64,000 nt of DNA. Source: an uncultured delta proteobacterium. GTDB lineage: Bacteria; Desulfobacterota; Binatia; Binatales; Binataceae. This document shows positions 48,971 to 60,221 of this stretch, one piece after another. A program made the translations under genes and the position numbers. The notes below the pieces were generated by a model that worked only from the letters and a program-made list of their open reading frames with translations, ran no database searches and had not been told where the DNA came from. Each line of letters begins with the position of its first letter. The first letter of the stretch is position 1. Location: assembly GCA_963808235.1 (NCBI GenBank), contig CAWEEQ010000004.1, positions 1,088,001 through 1,152,000 on the forward strand, read 5' to 3'.

Positions 48971-50131
48971 CTACGCCGCCAGCCGCAGGCCCGCGACGAT
49001 CGTCCTGCGGATCGCGAACCAGCCCGGAACCAACGCGCTCAATACTCCCACCAACCACGCAAGACCGATCCCGAGCGGTATGATCGCTTTGCTCATCGGC
49101 AGCGGTACGTTCACGCCGGGGAGCGAGGGCGCATAACGCCCCAGTACCAGCCAGGTGATCAGGCCTCCGAGAATCCCGCCGGCGATCGCTACGAGCGAGG
49201 CTTCCGATACCAGATAGACCAGCACGCTACCCGGGCGAAATCCGATCGCCCGCATCACCGCGAGTTCGCGACCACGTTCTCGAATCGACATCGCCGCGGT
49301 GTTGGCCGCCACCAGGGTAACTACTCCTACGACGATCACGCCGAGGACCGCTGCCAGCGTGAAGATCGACGCGAGGCTGCTGAAGACGTTGCGCGTGAAT
49401 TGTCCTTCTGCGTCGGTCTTCGTCTGATGCTCGGAGTTTGAGAACGTCTCATCGATCGAAGCGATCACCGGGTCGATCGAAGAAAGGCTATCTGTCTCGG
49501 CCCAGATGAGCGTCACCAACCCGGGATTGCCTTTGAGAGATTCAAAGTAGTCGCGGCGGAACACCAACATGTTCAGGGGGCCGGTGGACGAGGGTCCCGG
49601 ATGCAATTCGCCTACAATCCGCACCGGGACGTCGAGGGTCGGGAGCGTACCGCGCACGATGATCTGCTGGCCGAGATGCCATCGGTGACGACGCATCAGG
49701 TCGGGGCCGACCAGCGCCGCCGTCCTTTGATGTTCGAATGCTGCCGCCGCGGAGCTTGAGACGCCCCATTCCGGCCAAAGTTCGTGCATGTCGACTGGAT
49801 CGACTGCATAGCTGAGAAACTGATCCGAGGCGCCGGCGAACTGAGAGGGCATAAATTCCCACGCCTGCACGACCTTGACGTGCGGCAGCACGGAAATCTT
49901 CCGTGTGTAGGACTCAGGCAGCCAGTACGTCATCCCCGCGGCGTTGCTGCAGACCAGCCGGCGCGAGCCCGCACTGCCGCGCATCAGGAGCGCGGGAATC
50001 TCCGCGATGCTCGCAAGGCCGCAGAACATGAAGATCGAGATTGCGATCGAGAGGGCGGTAAGGATATTGCGTCGGCGATTGCGGCGCAGGTTTCTCCAGA
50101 TGAGCCAAATGAATTTCACGATTGCCGCCAC
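48971..50131 (-). CDS. ABC transporter permease (MacB/FtsX family), orphan
   Basis: RNLRRNRRR.ILT.L.I; SIRER.RELAVMRAIGF; no ATPase gene adjacent. Confidence 0.85.
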   Translation of the reverse strand: MAAIVKFIWLIWRNLRRNRRRNILTALSIAISIFMFCGLASIAEIPALLMRGSAGSRRLVCSNAAGMTYWLPESYTRKISVLPHVKVVQAWEFMPSQFAGASDQFLSYAVDPVDMHELWPEWGVSSSAAAAFEHQRTAALVGPDLMRRHRWHLGQQIIVRGTLPTLDVPVRIVGELHPGPSSTGPLNMLVFRRDYFESLKGNPGLVTLIWAETDSLSSIDPVIASIDETFSNSEHQTKTDAEGQFTRNVFSSLASIFTLAAVLGVIVVGVVTLVAANTAAMSIRERGRELAVMRAIGFRPGSVLVYLVSEASLVAIAGGILGGLITWLVLGRYAPSLPGVNVPLPMSKAIIPLGIGLAWLVGVLSALVPGWFAIRRTIVAGLRLAA

Positions 50132-50261
50132 TGGATCATGGGATCATGGCGACCCCAGGGACAAGAGGCAGCTGCGTGCGCGCTCCGCAAGGACGAAAAA
50201 TTTTCTTTCGCTCCGCTGCTACGCATATCGTTTCGGATTCCGAAGGCACATAATCGCCGAC

Positions 50262-50795
50262 ATGGACGACGACCAGCTGAATATTCTTCTCGAAAAGGTG
50301 GCCACAGCTTGGCACGATGTAATGGCGCTCTACGGTCACGCGATGCTCAGTGCGCAAGTTCTCGAAGGCGAGCTAGTTTGGGTATTGGGGGCTCTGCGAA
50401 CAAAAATCGGCGAACTCAAGGACAACGATTTCGATTGGGCGTATGAACAAATGCGGCGGGCCAAACCGCTTGATCTGTTGAATTTGATTCGAGGAAGTGG
50501 AGGCAATCTTTCGGCGGATAATCTGGAAGTCATCTGCAAGGCTATTCGCGCAAGAAATTTTCTCGCCCACAGATTCTTTCATCAATACAGTCCCATAACG
50601 GGCGTGCTGAAAAGTCGGCAGTGCGCTACAAAGCTCCGAAAGATCAAGTCAGAACTCGAGGCTGCCCACAGCCTCCTCCTACCCCTTCGACTGAAACTGG
50701 AAGGAGAGCTTGGCCACTCAGAGGAACTAAAGGCGATTGATGACGACTTTTGGAAACGAGCCACACAAGCGATTCTGTCGTTTGACGAGGAGTAG
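50262..50795 (+). CDS. hypothetical protein (helical, RN..AH HEPN-like motif)
   Basis: YG.AM..AQ.LE, ARNFLAHRFF. Confidence 0.6.
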   Translation: MDDDQLNILLEKVATAWHDVMALYGHAMLSAQVLEGELVWVLGALRTKIGELKDNDFDWAYEQMRRAKPLDLLNLIRGSGGNLSADNLEVICKAIRARNFLAHRFFHQYSPITGVLKSRQCATKLRKIKSELEAAHSLLLPLRLKLEGELGHSEELKAIDDDFWKRATQAILSFDEE

Positions 50796-50995
50796 AGGTC
50801 GGTACCCTGGCACGCGAATCGCTTAAATGAACGCCCGATCATCGCCAAGCCTCTGCAACCCTGTGACTAAAGGTCACAGAATGGGGGCTTTGTGCTGACT
50901 TTGGCGGCTCCTGCGGGCGAAGACGCACCACCGCACCGCGCCCAAAAGCGACCGAGTACTTGAGTGTCAAACTTTCGTGCCTATGATCTTGAAAT

Positions 50996-52186
50996 ATGAG
51001 ATTCGGTGGAAACCCTAGCGCTGATGATGTCCTGGACCTGGTGAAGAACGCCGTCCATGAAGACCGAGAGCTCGATTATAAGCAAACCCTCCCCGGCAAC
51101 TCTCCAGACTCCCATCGCGATTTTCTCTACGACGCCGCATCGCTGGCGAACGCGGCGGGCGGTCTGCTCATATTCGGAGTTCGTGAACGCCGAGATGACG
51201 CGGGCAAGCCGACCGGCGAGCCGGAAGCGGCCCCGGGGTTGGCGGGTTTCAACCAAGACGCGGCTATTCAGCGGCTGGAATCGATGTTGCGCGATGGGAT
51301 TGAACCGAGGCTCCCTGGCGTGAGGGCGCACGTCGTTTCGGGACTAAGCGACGGACCAGCGCTCGTGTTCGCAATTCCCAGGAGCTGGGCGGGGCCGCAT
51401 ATGGTTAAGTATGGCGGCATGGCTCGATTCTATACCCGTAATAATCGCGGCAACGAACCAATGAATTACCAGCAGATAAGGGACGCATTCGCAGCGTCGT
51501 TGGACGTGATCGAAAAAGCGCGCAACTTCCGCGGTAAGCGGATCCGTCAAATTGAATACGGAGGGCGTCTTCCAACAGCTCTTCAAGGCTCTGCGCGCTC
51601 GGTCCTTCACTTGATTCCGCTGTCAACGATTGGCCAAGCCGACGCCGTCGACTTACCCCGTCCACGCCGGGAAATCGGCCTAATGCCTCCTCCAGGCTGG
51701 AGAGAGGCACGCTCAATGGGCGAAAGAATGAACTTTGATGGGTATGCGCGAACCGACGAGAGGGTTTCGTATGTACAGCTTTTCAGATCCGGCGCTCTCG
51801 AGGCGGTTGATTCGCACCTGCTGAACTTTGCGCCCATGCCCAACAAGATTCCCTGGCCGACTCTGGGGAAAGAGTTAATAGAGCAATCCCGACGTTATTT
51901 GAAGTGTCTAGACGCCTTAGGGTGCGATCCGCCGCTCGCCATCGCAGTGAGTTTGATCAATGTGCAAAATTTCTCGATCGGGCGGGATGGCGGACCTTCC
52001 TTCCCTCCTACGCGAGAGCTCGATCTTCGCATTCTTTCGATACCCGAGGTGGTAATCGAGAGTCTCGAAGTTGATGTGCCACGCGTAATGCAGCCGATCT
52101 TCGATATCTTGTGGCAATCCTGCGGACGTGATCGTTGCGACAACTACGATCCGGCCGGCAATTGCAACATTGTGCTCGAAGACTAA
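50996..52186 (+). CDS. Schlafen/AlbA_2 domain protein
   Basis: EDRELDYKQ, SLANAAGGLLIFGVRE, IPRSW.GPHM, FYTR. Confidence 0.85.
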   Translation: MRFGGNPSADDVLDLVKNAVHEDRELDYKQTLPGNSPDSHRDFLYDAASLANAAGGLLIFGVRERRDDAGKPTGEPEAAPGLAGFNQDAAIQRLESMLRDGIEPRLPGVRAHVVSGLSDGPALVFAIPRSWAGPHMVKYGGMARFYTRNNRGNEPMNYQQIRDAFAASLDVIEKARNFRGKRIRQIEYGGRLPTALQGSARSVLHLIPLSTIGQADAVDLPRPRREIGLMPPPGWREARSMGERMNFDGYARTDERVSYVQLFRSGALEAVDSHLLNFAPMPNKIPWPTLGKELIEQSRRYLKCLDALGCDPPLAIAVSLINVQNFSIGRDGGPSFPPTRELDLRILSIPEVVIESLEVDVPRVMQPIFDILWQSCGRDRCDNYDPAGNCNIVLED

Positions 52187-52319
52187 CGGCCCAAATGAAT
52201 CGGAGGAAGCGTCGTAAGCAGATAAACTACTACGGCCACCATTACTTCGAGGGCGACGCAGTGCGGGCGCTCGCGCCGAAGTCCCGGACGGCTCATGCAC
52301 TCCTTGCCCGAAAATTTCC

Positions 52320-52844
52320 GTGAAGATTGATACATCGCGGCTGAGCGTCGTGATGACGGAGCATCCGGGCGAGCTTATGGATCCGGCGGCAGTGATGCGC
52401 GTCTTCAACAGCAATCCGGATTTTATTGATGACTCCGAAGGGCGGGTCGGGAAGTTTGCGTATGCGCTCGACGAAGTGGCGGGGTGGGCGATGTTCCGGG
52501 AGCCGGTCAGAGAGCATCAGCGGTACTTTGCGATTCGGCCGCTCGGCAGCGATGAGTTGATTGGGATGGGCGATATGCTGACGCCGCATCCGAGCGGCAA
52601 CTGGGCGGCGCTGGGCCTGCTGATATTGCATCGCGAATGGCAGGGCCGCGGGCTGGGCCGCGAGGCTGCCGAGGCGATCGAAGCGATGCTCGCGGCGGAG
52701 CGATGGCCCGAAGTGGAACTGGTGGTGCTGCAAGTGCGGCCGCGCTCGCGTCGCTTCTGGGAGAGTTGTGGGTATCGGTATTTCCGGGATTCGGCCAATG
52801 AGACGAATCAACCGGTCTGGGTGCTCCGCAAGCCGCTCGGCTGA
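52320..52844 (+). CDS. GNAT family N-acetyltransferase
   Basis: WQGRGLGR acetyl-CoA motif; RRFWESCGY. Confidence 0.88.
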   Translation: MKIDTSRLSVVMTEHPGELMDPAAVMRVFNSNPDFIDDSEGRVGKFAYALDEVAGWAMFREPVREHQRYFAIRPLGSDELIGMGDMLTPHPSGNWAALGLLILHREWQGRGLGREAAEAIEAMLAAERWPEVELVVLQVRPRSRRFWESCGYRYFRDSANETNQPVWVLRKPLG

Positions 52845-52905
52845 TACGGTCCTAAGTCGCCGATTCAGATCGCATTTTTTAGGAGACCGCTTTAAGATTC
52901 GGCGC

Positions 52906-54204
52906 ATGCGCCGAACAGCCCGAATCGCGTTTATGTCGGTTGCGGCGATGTTGGCCGCAGGATGGGTCGAGGCGTACGCGCAGACTGGCGCGGCGGCTTC
53001 GCCGATCGCATCGCCAGGCCCCGCCGCGGCGGAGACACTGAAGCCCGGTACGATCGTTGGCGCGGACAACGCCGAACAATACGCGCGCTATCTTCCAGCC
53101 GCCGGCAAGTTTGCTATCGCGCATGGGTTCCGGATGCGGATCACGCCCGAGCGCCGGATCGAGTGGTCCGCGGGCTTCCGGCACGCGACCGAAAAATACT
53201 CGCCCCAAGTCACGCTCGACAGCGACGACTACATCAAGAATTACATAGCCGGGATGCCTTTTCCGCTGGTCGATCCAACCGATCCGAAAGCCGCGGTCAA
53301 AGTCGCTTACAACTGGCACATGGGACCGTTCATGCCCGACGATTTCTCGCTCGCACCATGGAGCAGCAACGGTTACGCGCCCGATCCCGCCAACCCAAAT
53401 CGAATCGTTCCGAAAAGCGACAAGGATTATGTCTGCGAGCAGTTTGAATTTCTCCGCTACGCGCATCGCACCGACGTCGATCCGCGCCCGACCATGGGCG
53501 ACAACGCGAACGGCTTCGAATGGAAGGCGAGATGCAATCGATGGGAAAGCGATCTGTCCGACAATCAGACCGGCGAAGGCGCGGGAATCTGGATCCGCTA
53601 CCTGGACCCGAAGCGTCCCGACGAATTTTTCGCTTTCATTGAGGCCACCCGCCGGGTCCGCCGGCTCGCGGTGAACCTCGACTATCCCAATGAATTCTGC
53701 CGCGGATGTCATCAGCCGTTCTGGGCCTATGCGTTGCCCAAGACCGAGAAGTATTTGTACCGCCTGCTCGGCACCACGACCCTGCTCGCATGTCTTGCGG
53801 CGGACGACGAACCGGCCGGATTCAAGAACGGGGCGAACGGGATGGTGCTCAGCGAGGAACCCTTCGAGCTTCGACACGCATACATTATCGAGATGAGACC
53901 GCGATTTCCCGACGCGACCTCGCAGGGCCTGAGGACCATCGTCTATGTGGACAGCGAAGTGTACGTATGGCTGGCGGCTGAGTTTTATGAATCGAGCGGG
54001 CTGACTGCGACTGCGATGCCGCTATGGCGGATGCGTCCGGCGGCCGAAGGCGGAAACCTGTTCGATCTTGCCGGCAGCTTCTACCGTCCCGAGCGCGACG
54101 GTTCATATTTCCGCTCGCTGATCCCGGCGCACAATGAATTCAAGCAGATAATAAACAGCGGCGACGTGTCGGAAAGCGCGTTCAATCCCCAGATGATGCA
54201 TTGA
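52906..54204 (+). CDS. DUF1329-like secreted protein
   Basis: Signal peptide AYA|Q; I.NY.AG.PFP..DP.DP.AA.K...N; RRVRRL. Confidence 0.75.
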   Translation: MRRTARIAFMSVAAMLAAGWVEAYAQTGAAASPIASPGPAAAETLKPGTIVGADNAEQYARYLPAAGKFAIAHGFRMRITPERRIEWSAGFRHATEKYSPQVTLDSDDYIKNYIAGMPFPLVDPTDPKAAVKVAYNWHMGPFMPDDFSLAPWSSNGYAPDPANPNRIVPKSDKDYVCEQFEFLRYAHRTDVDPRPTMGDNANGFEWKARCNRWESDLSDNQTGEGAGIWIRYLDPKRPDEFFAFIEATRRVRRLAVNLDYPNEFCRGCHQPFWAYALPKTEKYLYRLLGTTTLLACLAADDEPAGFKNGANGMVLSEEPFELRHAYIIEMRPRFPDATSQGLRTIVYVDSEVYVWLAAEFYESSGLTATAMPLWRMRPAAEGGNLFDLAGSFYRPERDGSYFRSLIPAHNEFKQIINSGDVSESAFNPQMMH

Positions 54205-54240
54205 GGCGACGGCCGCAACCGTCTTCAAACTTCCCGAGCG

Positions 54241-54636
54241 TCACGGCGAACGATGCTCGTCGCAGGTTTTGCGAATAATCGCCAGCAGGCGGTCGACTTC
54301 GACCGGCTTTGGAAGAAAAGCCTCGACACCTTCGAGCGGCATCGGTGGCACCACGCTGCCCGAAACCACCACCACCGGAATCTGACGCAGCGCCGGATCG
54401 GCGGCCCGAAATTTCAGGAATTGGCGGCCGTCCACGACCGGCATCGCCAAATCCAGGACCACCATGCAGGGAGGTTGCGGAACGCTTTTCAGCACATCGA
54501 GCGCTTTCCGGCCATTTTCAGCTTTCAGAACGGAGTAGCCCTTCTCGTCGAGCAACTCCGATAGTGATTCGCGAATGAACGGATCGTCGTCCACCACCAT
54601 AACAGTTTCGTTCGCTCGCTTTTTGCGTCGAGGCAT
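54241..54636 (-). CDS. stand-alone response regulator (REC)
   Basis: VVDDD, VLDLAMPVVDG, IPVVVVS, LPKP. Confidence 0.9.
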   Translation of the reverse strand: MPRRKKRANETVMVVDDDPFIRESLSELLDEKGYSVLKAENGRKALDVLKSVPQPPCMVVLDLAMPVVDGRQFLKFRAADPALRQIPVVVVSGSVVPPMPLEGVEAFLPKPVEVDRLLAIIRKTCDEHRSP

Positions 54637-55344
54637 TGCCAGGAATCTCCAACATTCAGGTGAAAAGTGAAAATAAGTGAGCAAGGACCAAGCCGCGGGA
54701 TAACTTCAGGTGGCGATTTGTTCTCTAGCGTACATTTCCATAGCTAAAGCCGAATACCGGCGTCAAAAATGCCTGCGCTAAATCGGCCGCGACTTGTGTC
54801 GATTACGAGAAACCGTCGTTCCAATACGCATCGGCGGAGCACCGCAACTCGTCCCGACCGAAGCACGGGAAGTCGAATGCCTCGGCGCGCGGGCGAGGGA
54901 CACTCGGAAAATGTTCGAATCTGACTATAGAGTTCCCTTTGAGAAGTGTGAAGCGGGTAAAAACTTCCTTCACATTTTACCGACGCCCATGGAATTCTCG
55001 GCGCGTTTTCAGACGCCACGGCTGATAATCGCTCACTTATCAGAATCAACGATCAATTTTATGCATTGGCGCGTATTTTGCGTCTTGCGGACCACAATGG
55101 TTCTGCGCGTAACGGACTGGGGAGACCGTACAGACAGTTGAAGCCTGAATACGCTCAATCGCCGACGCTAAGCTATTCCTTTCACACCCCCGCCTCTTTG
55201 TACTCGTGGGCTGCGATCGCCGACGACAAGAAGTGCCCAATCTGCGGCATCCGGCATGACGCGCCCAGGGTATCGCTCCCGGCAAAGCAGTCTATCGGCT
55301 CCCCATCCAACCCAAGCCATTGATTCGCCGCGACCGCTCTTTTT

Positions 55345-58300
55345 GTGGAGGGAAAAATCGTGGATTCTGACGAAACCACTCGTGAACCCGTGGCGCCCAA
55401 GCGCAGCCGCTCCCGCAACGGCAATGGTGTCGAAGCTGCGGGCCCAGCGGAACATCCCGCGCCTGCCGTCGAAGGCGATGGCCGCCCAGCTCGCAACGGG
55501 AAGAATGGCGCCGGCGCCCGCAGCCTCGACCAATCGCATCTGAACAAGCTTCTCAGCGCGATGTCAGCGGCCGGCGATGGCGATTTCACGGTGCGGCTGC
55601 CGGTCGGCGCCGACGACGGAATCCTCGGCAAGCTGGCCGAAAAGTTCAACGAAGTAGTCGAGCGCAACGAGGCGATGGCGCGTGAGATCACGCGCGTCGA
55701 GCAAGCAGTCCGGCACGAAGGCTTGATGACGGAGCGCGCGACGTTGCATGGCGCCAACGGCGGATGGCGTCTGATTTTAAGTTCGATCAACTCGCTGATC
55801 GGCGGCCTGGTGCAGCCGACCACCGAGGTTGCCCGCGTTATCAGCGCGGTTGCCGAAGGCGACTTGAGCCAGAAGATGGCGCTCGAGATCGATGGGCAAC
55901 CGGTAAAGGGCGAGTTCCTGCGGATTGGGACCACGGTTAACGTCATGGTCGATCAGCTGAACTCATTCGCATCAGAAGTTACCCGCGTGGCGCGCGAAGT
56001 CGGCACGGAAGGAAAACTCGGCGGCCAGGCCGACGTCAAGGGCGTTTCGGGAGTCTGGAAGGATCTAACCGACAACGTCAACGTGCTGGCCGGCAACCTG
56101 ACCGACCAGGTGCGAAATATCGCGAAGGTCACGACCGCAGTCGCGAACGGAGACCTCTCGCAGAAGATCACGGTCGATGTAAAAGGCGAAATCCTCGAGC
56201 TGAAAATCACTATCAACACGATGGTGGATCAGCTCCGCTCCTTCGGCGCGGAAGTTACCCGGGTGGCGCGCGAAGTCGGCACCGAAGGGAAGCTCGGCGG
56301 CCAGGCCGACGTGCGCGGCGTTTCGGGGGTCTGGAAGGACCTGACCGACAACGTCAATCTGATGGCCTCCAACCTGACCACCCAGGTCCGCGGCATCGTG
56401 AAAGTTATCACGGCGGTTGCCAACGGCGACCTGTCACCGAAATTGGAAGTGTCGGCCAAGGGCGAGGTCGCGGCTCTGGCCGATACGCTCAACGGGATGA
56501 CCAAGACGCTCGCGATCTTCGCCGAGCAGGTTACCGACGTGGCGCGCACGGTCGGCGTGGAAGGAAAGCTGGGTGCGCAAGCAGAGGTTCCGGGGGTCGC
56601 AGGAACCTGGAAGGACTTGACCGACAACGTCAACGTGCTCGCGCGCAACCTGACCGACCAGGTGCGAAATATCGCGGAAGTTACGACCGCAGTCGCCAAT
56701 GGCGACCTGTCGAAGAAGATCATCGTCGATGCGAAGGGCGAGGTGCTCGAGCTGAAGAGCACGATCAACGCGATGGTCGATCAGCTTAGCTCGTTCGCCG
56801 ATGAAGTCACCCGCGTGGCAAAGGAAGTCGGCACCGACGGCAAGCTTGGCGGCCAGGCGCAGGTCCGGGGCGCATCGGGAACCTGGAAGGACTTGACCGA
56901 CAACGTTAACGTGCTGGCGCGCAACCTGACCGACCAGGTGCGAAATATCGCGGAAGTTACGACCGCGGTCGCCAAAGGCGATCTGTCCAGGAAGATCTCG
57001 GTCGACGCGCGCGGCGAGGTGCTGGAGCTGAAAAACACCATGAACGTCATGGTGGATCAGCTCAATTCGTTCGGCGCGGAAGTTACCCGCGTGGCGCGCG
57101 AAGTCGGCACGGAAGGAAAGCTCGGCGGCCAGGCGGAAGTGCAGGGCGTGTCAGGGACCTGGAAAGACTTGACCGACAACGTTAACTCGATGGCGTCGAA
57201 CCTCACGACCCAGGTCCGAAATATCGCGCAGGTTACGACCGCGGTCGCGAGCGGCGACCTGTCGAAGAAGATCACGGTCGATGTCAAAGGGGAGATCCTC
57301 GAGCTGAAGAACACGATCAATACGATGGTGGATCAGCTCAATTCGTTCGCCTCGGAAGTTACCCGCGTGGCGCGCGAGGTCGGCACCGAAGGACGCCTCG
57401 GCGGCCAGGCGGAAGTGCGCGGCGTTTCGGGGGTCTGGAAGGACCTCACCGACAACGTCAACTTCATGGCGAGAAACCTTACCACCCAGGTCCGCGGGAT
57501 CGTCAAAGTCGTGACCGCGGTCGCCAACGGAGAACTGAAACAAAAGCTGGTCGTCGAAGCGGCGGGCGAGGTCGCCGCGCTGGCCGAGACGATCAACAAC
57601 ATGACCGACACGCTGAGCACCTTTGCCGAGCAGGTCAGCACGGTGGCTCGCGAGGTCGGCGTGGAAGGAAAACTGGGCGGCCAGGCGCGAGTGCCCGGCG
57701 TCGCAGGAACGTGGAAGGATCTGACCGACAACGTCAATTTCATGGCCTCGAACCTGACCACCCAGGTCCGGGGAATCGTCAAGGTCGTGACCGCGGTTGC
57801 CAATGGCGACCTGAAACAGAAGCTGGTCGGAGTGGAAGCCAAGGGCGAGATCGCGGCCCTGGCCGACACGATCAACAGCATGACGGACACGCTCGGAATC
57901 TTCGCCGACCAGGTCACCACGGTGGCGCGCGAAGTCGGAATCGAAGGGAAGCTCGGCGGACAGGCGAAGGTGCCTGGCGCGGCCGGCACGTGGCGCGACT
58001 TGACCGACAACGTCAATCAGCTCGCAGGAAACCTGACTGCCCAGGTCCGGGCGATCTCCGACGTGTCGACCGCAGTTACCAAGGGCGACCTGACCCGATC
58101 GATTCGGGTCGAGGCGGCGGGCGAAGTCGCCGCGCTGTCGGACAATATCAACCAGATGATCGTCAATCTGCGCGAGACGACGCAGAAAAACACCGAGCAG
58201 GACTGGCTCAAGACCAACCTGGCGCGGTTCTCCAGTATGATGAGCGGCCAGAAAAACCTGGAGTCGGTGTCGCGAATGATCATGTCGGAACTGACCCCGC

Positions 58301-60183
58301 TGGTGTCGGCGCATCATGGCGCATTTTTCCTGATGGACACCGACGACGACGAAGAAGTCCTGAAGCTGACCAACACTTACGCCTATCGGCAGCGCAAGGG
58401 AGTCTCAAACCGATTCGCGCTCGGCGAGGGTCTGGTCGGCCAGTGCGCGCTCGAGAAGAAGAGCATCCTGGTGAGCGGCGCGCCGGGCGACTACATCCAA
58501 ATCAGCTCGGGTCTCGGCGAGGCGCCGCCGGTCAACATCATCGTGCTGCCGATCCTGTTTGAGGGAGAGGTCAAGGCGGTAATCGAGCTGGCGTCGTTCA
58601 ATCCGTTCAGCGCGATCCATCAGATTTTCCTCGACCAGCTGAGCGAGAGTATCGGCGTCGTGCTGAACATGATCATGGCCAATATGCGCACCGAGCAACT
58701 GCTGCAGCAGTCGCAAGGCCTGACCCAGGAACTGCAGAATCAGTCGAACGAGCTGACTTCGCAACAGGACGCGTTGAAGCAGACCAACAACGCACTGGAA
58801 CGGCAGGCGCTCGAACTGGAAGAGAAAGCAAAACTGCTCGAGGAACAGAACGCCAAGGTCGAGGTCAAGAACCGCGAAGTCGAGCAGGCGCGCAAATCGT
58901 TGGAGGAAAAGGCCGAGCAGCTCGCGCTGGTATCCAAGTACAAGTCGGAATTCCTTGCCAACATGTCGCATGAGCTGCGCACGCCTTTGAACAGCCTGCT
59001 GCTTCTTTCCAAGGTGCTTTCCGAGAACAAGGAAACCAACTTGAGCGAGAAGCAGATGGAGTACATCCGCACCATCTACAGTTCCGGCACCGATCTGATG
59101 AAGCTCATCAACGAGGTTCTCGATCTGTCGAAGGTCGAAGCCGGAAAGATGGAGCTGGAGCCGCGCGATCTTCCTGCCTCGGATATTATCGACTTCGTCC
59201 GGCGGAGCTTTGGGCCCCTGGCGGAGCAGAAGAACCTGAAATTCAGCGTCGAGATGGCGGCCGGAGTTCCAGAAGAAATCCGCACCGATCAGCAGCGCCT
59301 CGAACAGGTCCTCAAGAACCTGCTCGCCAACGCGTTCAAATTCACCGAGGAAGGTTCGGTGCGATTCCGCGTCGAGATGGCGCCGCCGACCAAGTACTTC
59401 GAGAGCGAATCGTTGAAGATCGCGGGCAAGGTGATCGCGATGTCGGTGACCGATACCGGCATCGGGATTGCGCGCAACAAACACCGGCTGATCTTCGAAG
59501 CCTTCCAGCAGGCGGACGGCAGCACCAGCCGCAAATACGGCGGCACCGGACTCGGACTTTCGATAAGCCGCGAAATCGCGCAGGCGCTGGGCGGCGAGAT
59601 CCAGGTCCAGAGCGACTTGGGCGAGGGCAGCACGTTTACGCTGTACCTGCCGATCAGATATCAGGCGGCCGCAGGAGTGCCGGCGCGTCGCGATACCGAG
59701 TTGGACTATCCGTCGAAATCGCAGGCGCTGAGCGAAAGTTTGCGGACCGGCTCTGCGACGGTGGCCGAACTGCAAAAGGCCGACTACTCACTCACCGGCA
59801 AAACGGTTCTGATCGTGGACGACGATCCGCGCAACATTTTCGCGATCACCAGCCTGCTCGAAGGCGAGGGCATGAAGGTGCTGTCGGCGGAAAATGGCCG
59901 CGCCGGAATCGACATGATCGAGCAGCATCCGGACATCGACATCGTGCTGATGGACATCATGATGCCCGACATGGACGGCTACGAGACCATGAAGATCATC
60001 AGGAGCGATCCGAAGAAGCGATACCTGCCGGTGATCGCGGTGACTGCCAAGGCGCTCAAGGCCGATCGCGAACGCTGCATGACGGCGGGAGCTTCGGACT
60101 ACCTGTCGAAGCCGGTCGACGAGTCGCAGTTGGTTGATTTAATCGGAATCTGGGCCAGTGGCGCGCGGCCGCAGTCGGTATAG
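55345..60183 (+). CDS. poly-HAMP + GAF hybrid histidine kinase (NIK1/Os-1/OsaA-like)
   Basis: Eight W[KR]DLTDNVN ~92-aa repeats plus one degenerate repeat; GAF; [14 protein letters not shown]; GGTGLGL; C-terminal REC. Confidence 0.95.
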   Translation: MEGKIVDSDETTREPVAPKRSRSRNGNGVEAAGPAEHPAPAVEGDGRPARNGKNGAGARSLDQSHLNKLLSAMSAAGDGDFTVRLPVGADDGILGKLAEKFNEVVERNEAMAREITRVEQAVRHEGLMTERATLHGANGGWRLILSSINSLIGGLVQPTTEVARVISAVAEGDLSQKMALEIDGQPVKGEFLRIGTTVNVMVDQLNSFASEVTRVAREVGTEGKLGGQADVKGVSGVWKDLTDNVNVLAGNLTDQVRNIAKVTTAVANGDLSQKITVDVKGEILELKITINTMVDQLRSFGAEVTRVAREVGTEGKLGGQADVRGVSGVWKDLTDNVNLMASNLTTQVRGIVKVITAVANGDLSPKLEVSAKGEVAALADTLNGMTKTLAIFAEQVTDVARTVGVEGKLGAQAEVPGVAGTWKDLTDNVNVLARNLTDQVRNIAEVTTAVANGDLSKKIIVDAKGEVLELKSTINAMVDQLSSFADEVTRVAKEVGTDGKLGGQAQVRGASGTWKDLTDNVNVLARNLTDQVRNIAEVTTAVAKGDLSRKISVDARGEVLELKNTMNVMVDQLNSFGAEVTRVAREVGTEGKLGGQAEVQGVSGTWKDLTDNVNSMASNLTTQVRNIAQVTTAVASGDLSKKITVDVKGEILELKNTINTMVDQLNSFASEVTRVAREVGTEGRLGGQAEVRGVSGVWKDLTDNVNFMARNLTTQVRGIVKVVTAVANGELKQKLVVEAAGEVAALAETINNMTDTLSTFAEQVSTVAREVGVEGKLGGQARVPGVAGTWKDLTDNVNFMASNLTTQVRGIVKVVTAVANGDLKQKLVGVEAKGEIAALADTINSMTDTLGIFADQVTTVAREVGIEGKLGGQAKVPGAAGTWRDLTDNVNQLAGNLTAQVRAISDVSTAVTKGDLTRSIRVEAAGEVAALSDNINQMIVNLRETTQKNTEQDWLKTNLARFSSMMSGQKNLESVSRMIMSELTPLVSAHHGAFFLMDTDDDEEVLKLTNTYAYRQRKGVSNRFALGEGLVGQCALEKKSILVSGAPGDYIQISSGLGEAPPVNIIVLPILFEGEVKAVIELASFNPFSAIHQIFLDQLSESIGVVLNMIMANMRTEQLLQQSQGLTQELQNQSNELTSQQDALKQTNNALERQALELEEKAKLLEEQNAKVEVKNREVEQARKSLEEKAEQLALVSKYKSEFLANMSHELRTPLNSLLLLSKVLSENKETNLSEKQMEYIRTIYSSGTDLMKLINEVLDLSKVEAGKMELEPRDLPASDIIDFVRRSFGPLAEQKNLKFSVEMAAGVPEEIRTDQQRLEQVLKNLLANAFKFTEEGSVRFRVEMAPPTKYFESESLKIAGKVIAMSVTDTGIGIARNKHRLIFEAFQQADGSTSRKYGGTGLGLSISREIAQALGGEIQVQSDLGEGSTFTLYLPIRYQAAAGVPARRDTELDYPSKSQALSESLRTGSATVAELQKADYSLTGKTVLIVDDDPRNIFAITSLLEGEGMKVLSAENGRAGIDMIEQHPDIDIVLMDIMMPDMDGYETMKIIRSDPKKRYLPVIAVTAKALKADRERCMTAGASDYLSKPVDESQLVDLIGIWASGARPQSV

Positions 60184-60221
60184 GCAATAGCTATAGCCAG
60201 TAGCTATATGTTCCTGCGCAC

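Larger units (their letters stand above)
48902..52295. mobile_element. integrase-less genomic islet at the tRNA-Lys 3' end
   Basis: 17-bp direct repeat AAGTCCCGGACGGCTCA at 48902-48918 (tRNA 3' end) and 52279-52295; enclosed genes partly lower GC. Confidence 0.8.

Noticed and set aside
55900-58100. Near-identical DNA repeats as a DGR template/variable pair
   Set aside because: They are in-frame HAMP repeats; differences are not adenine-specific and no reverse transcriptase is present
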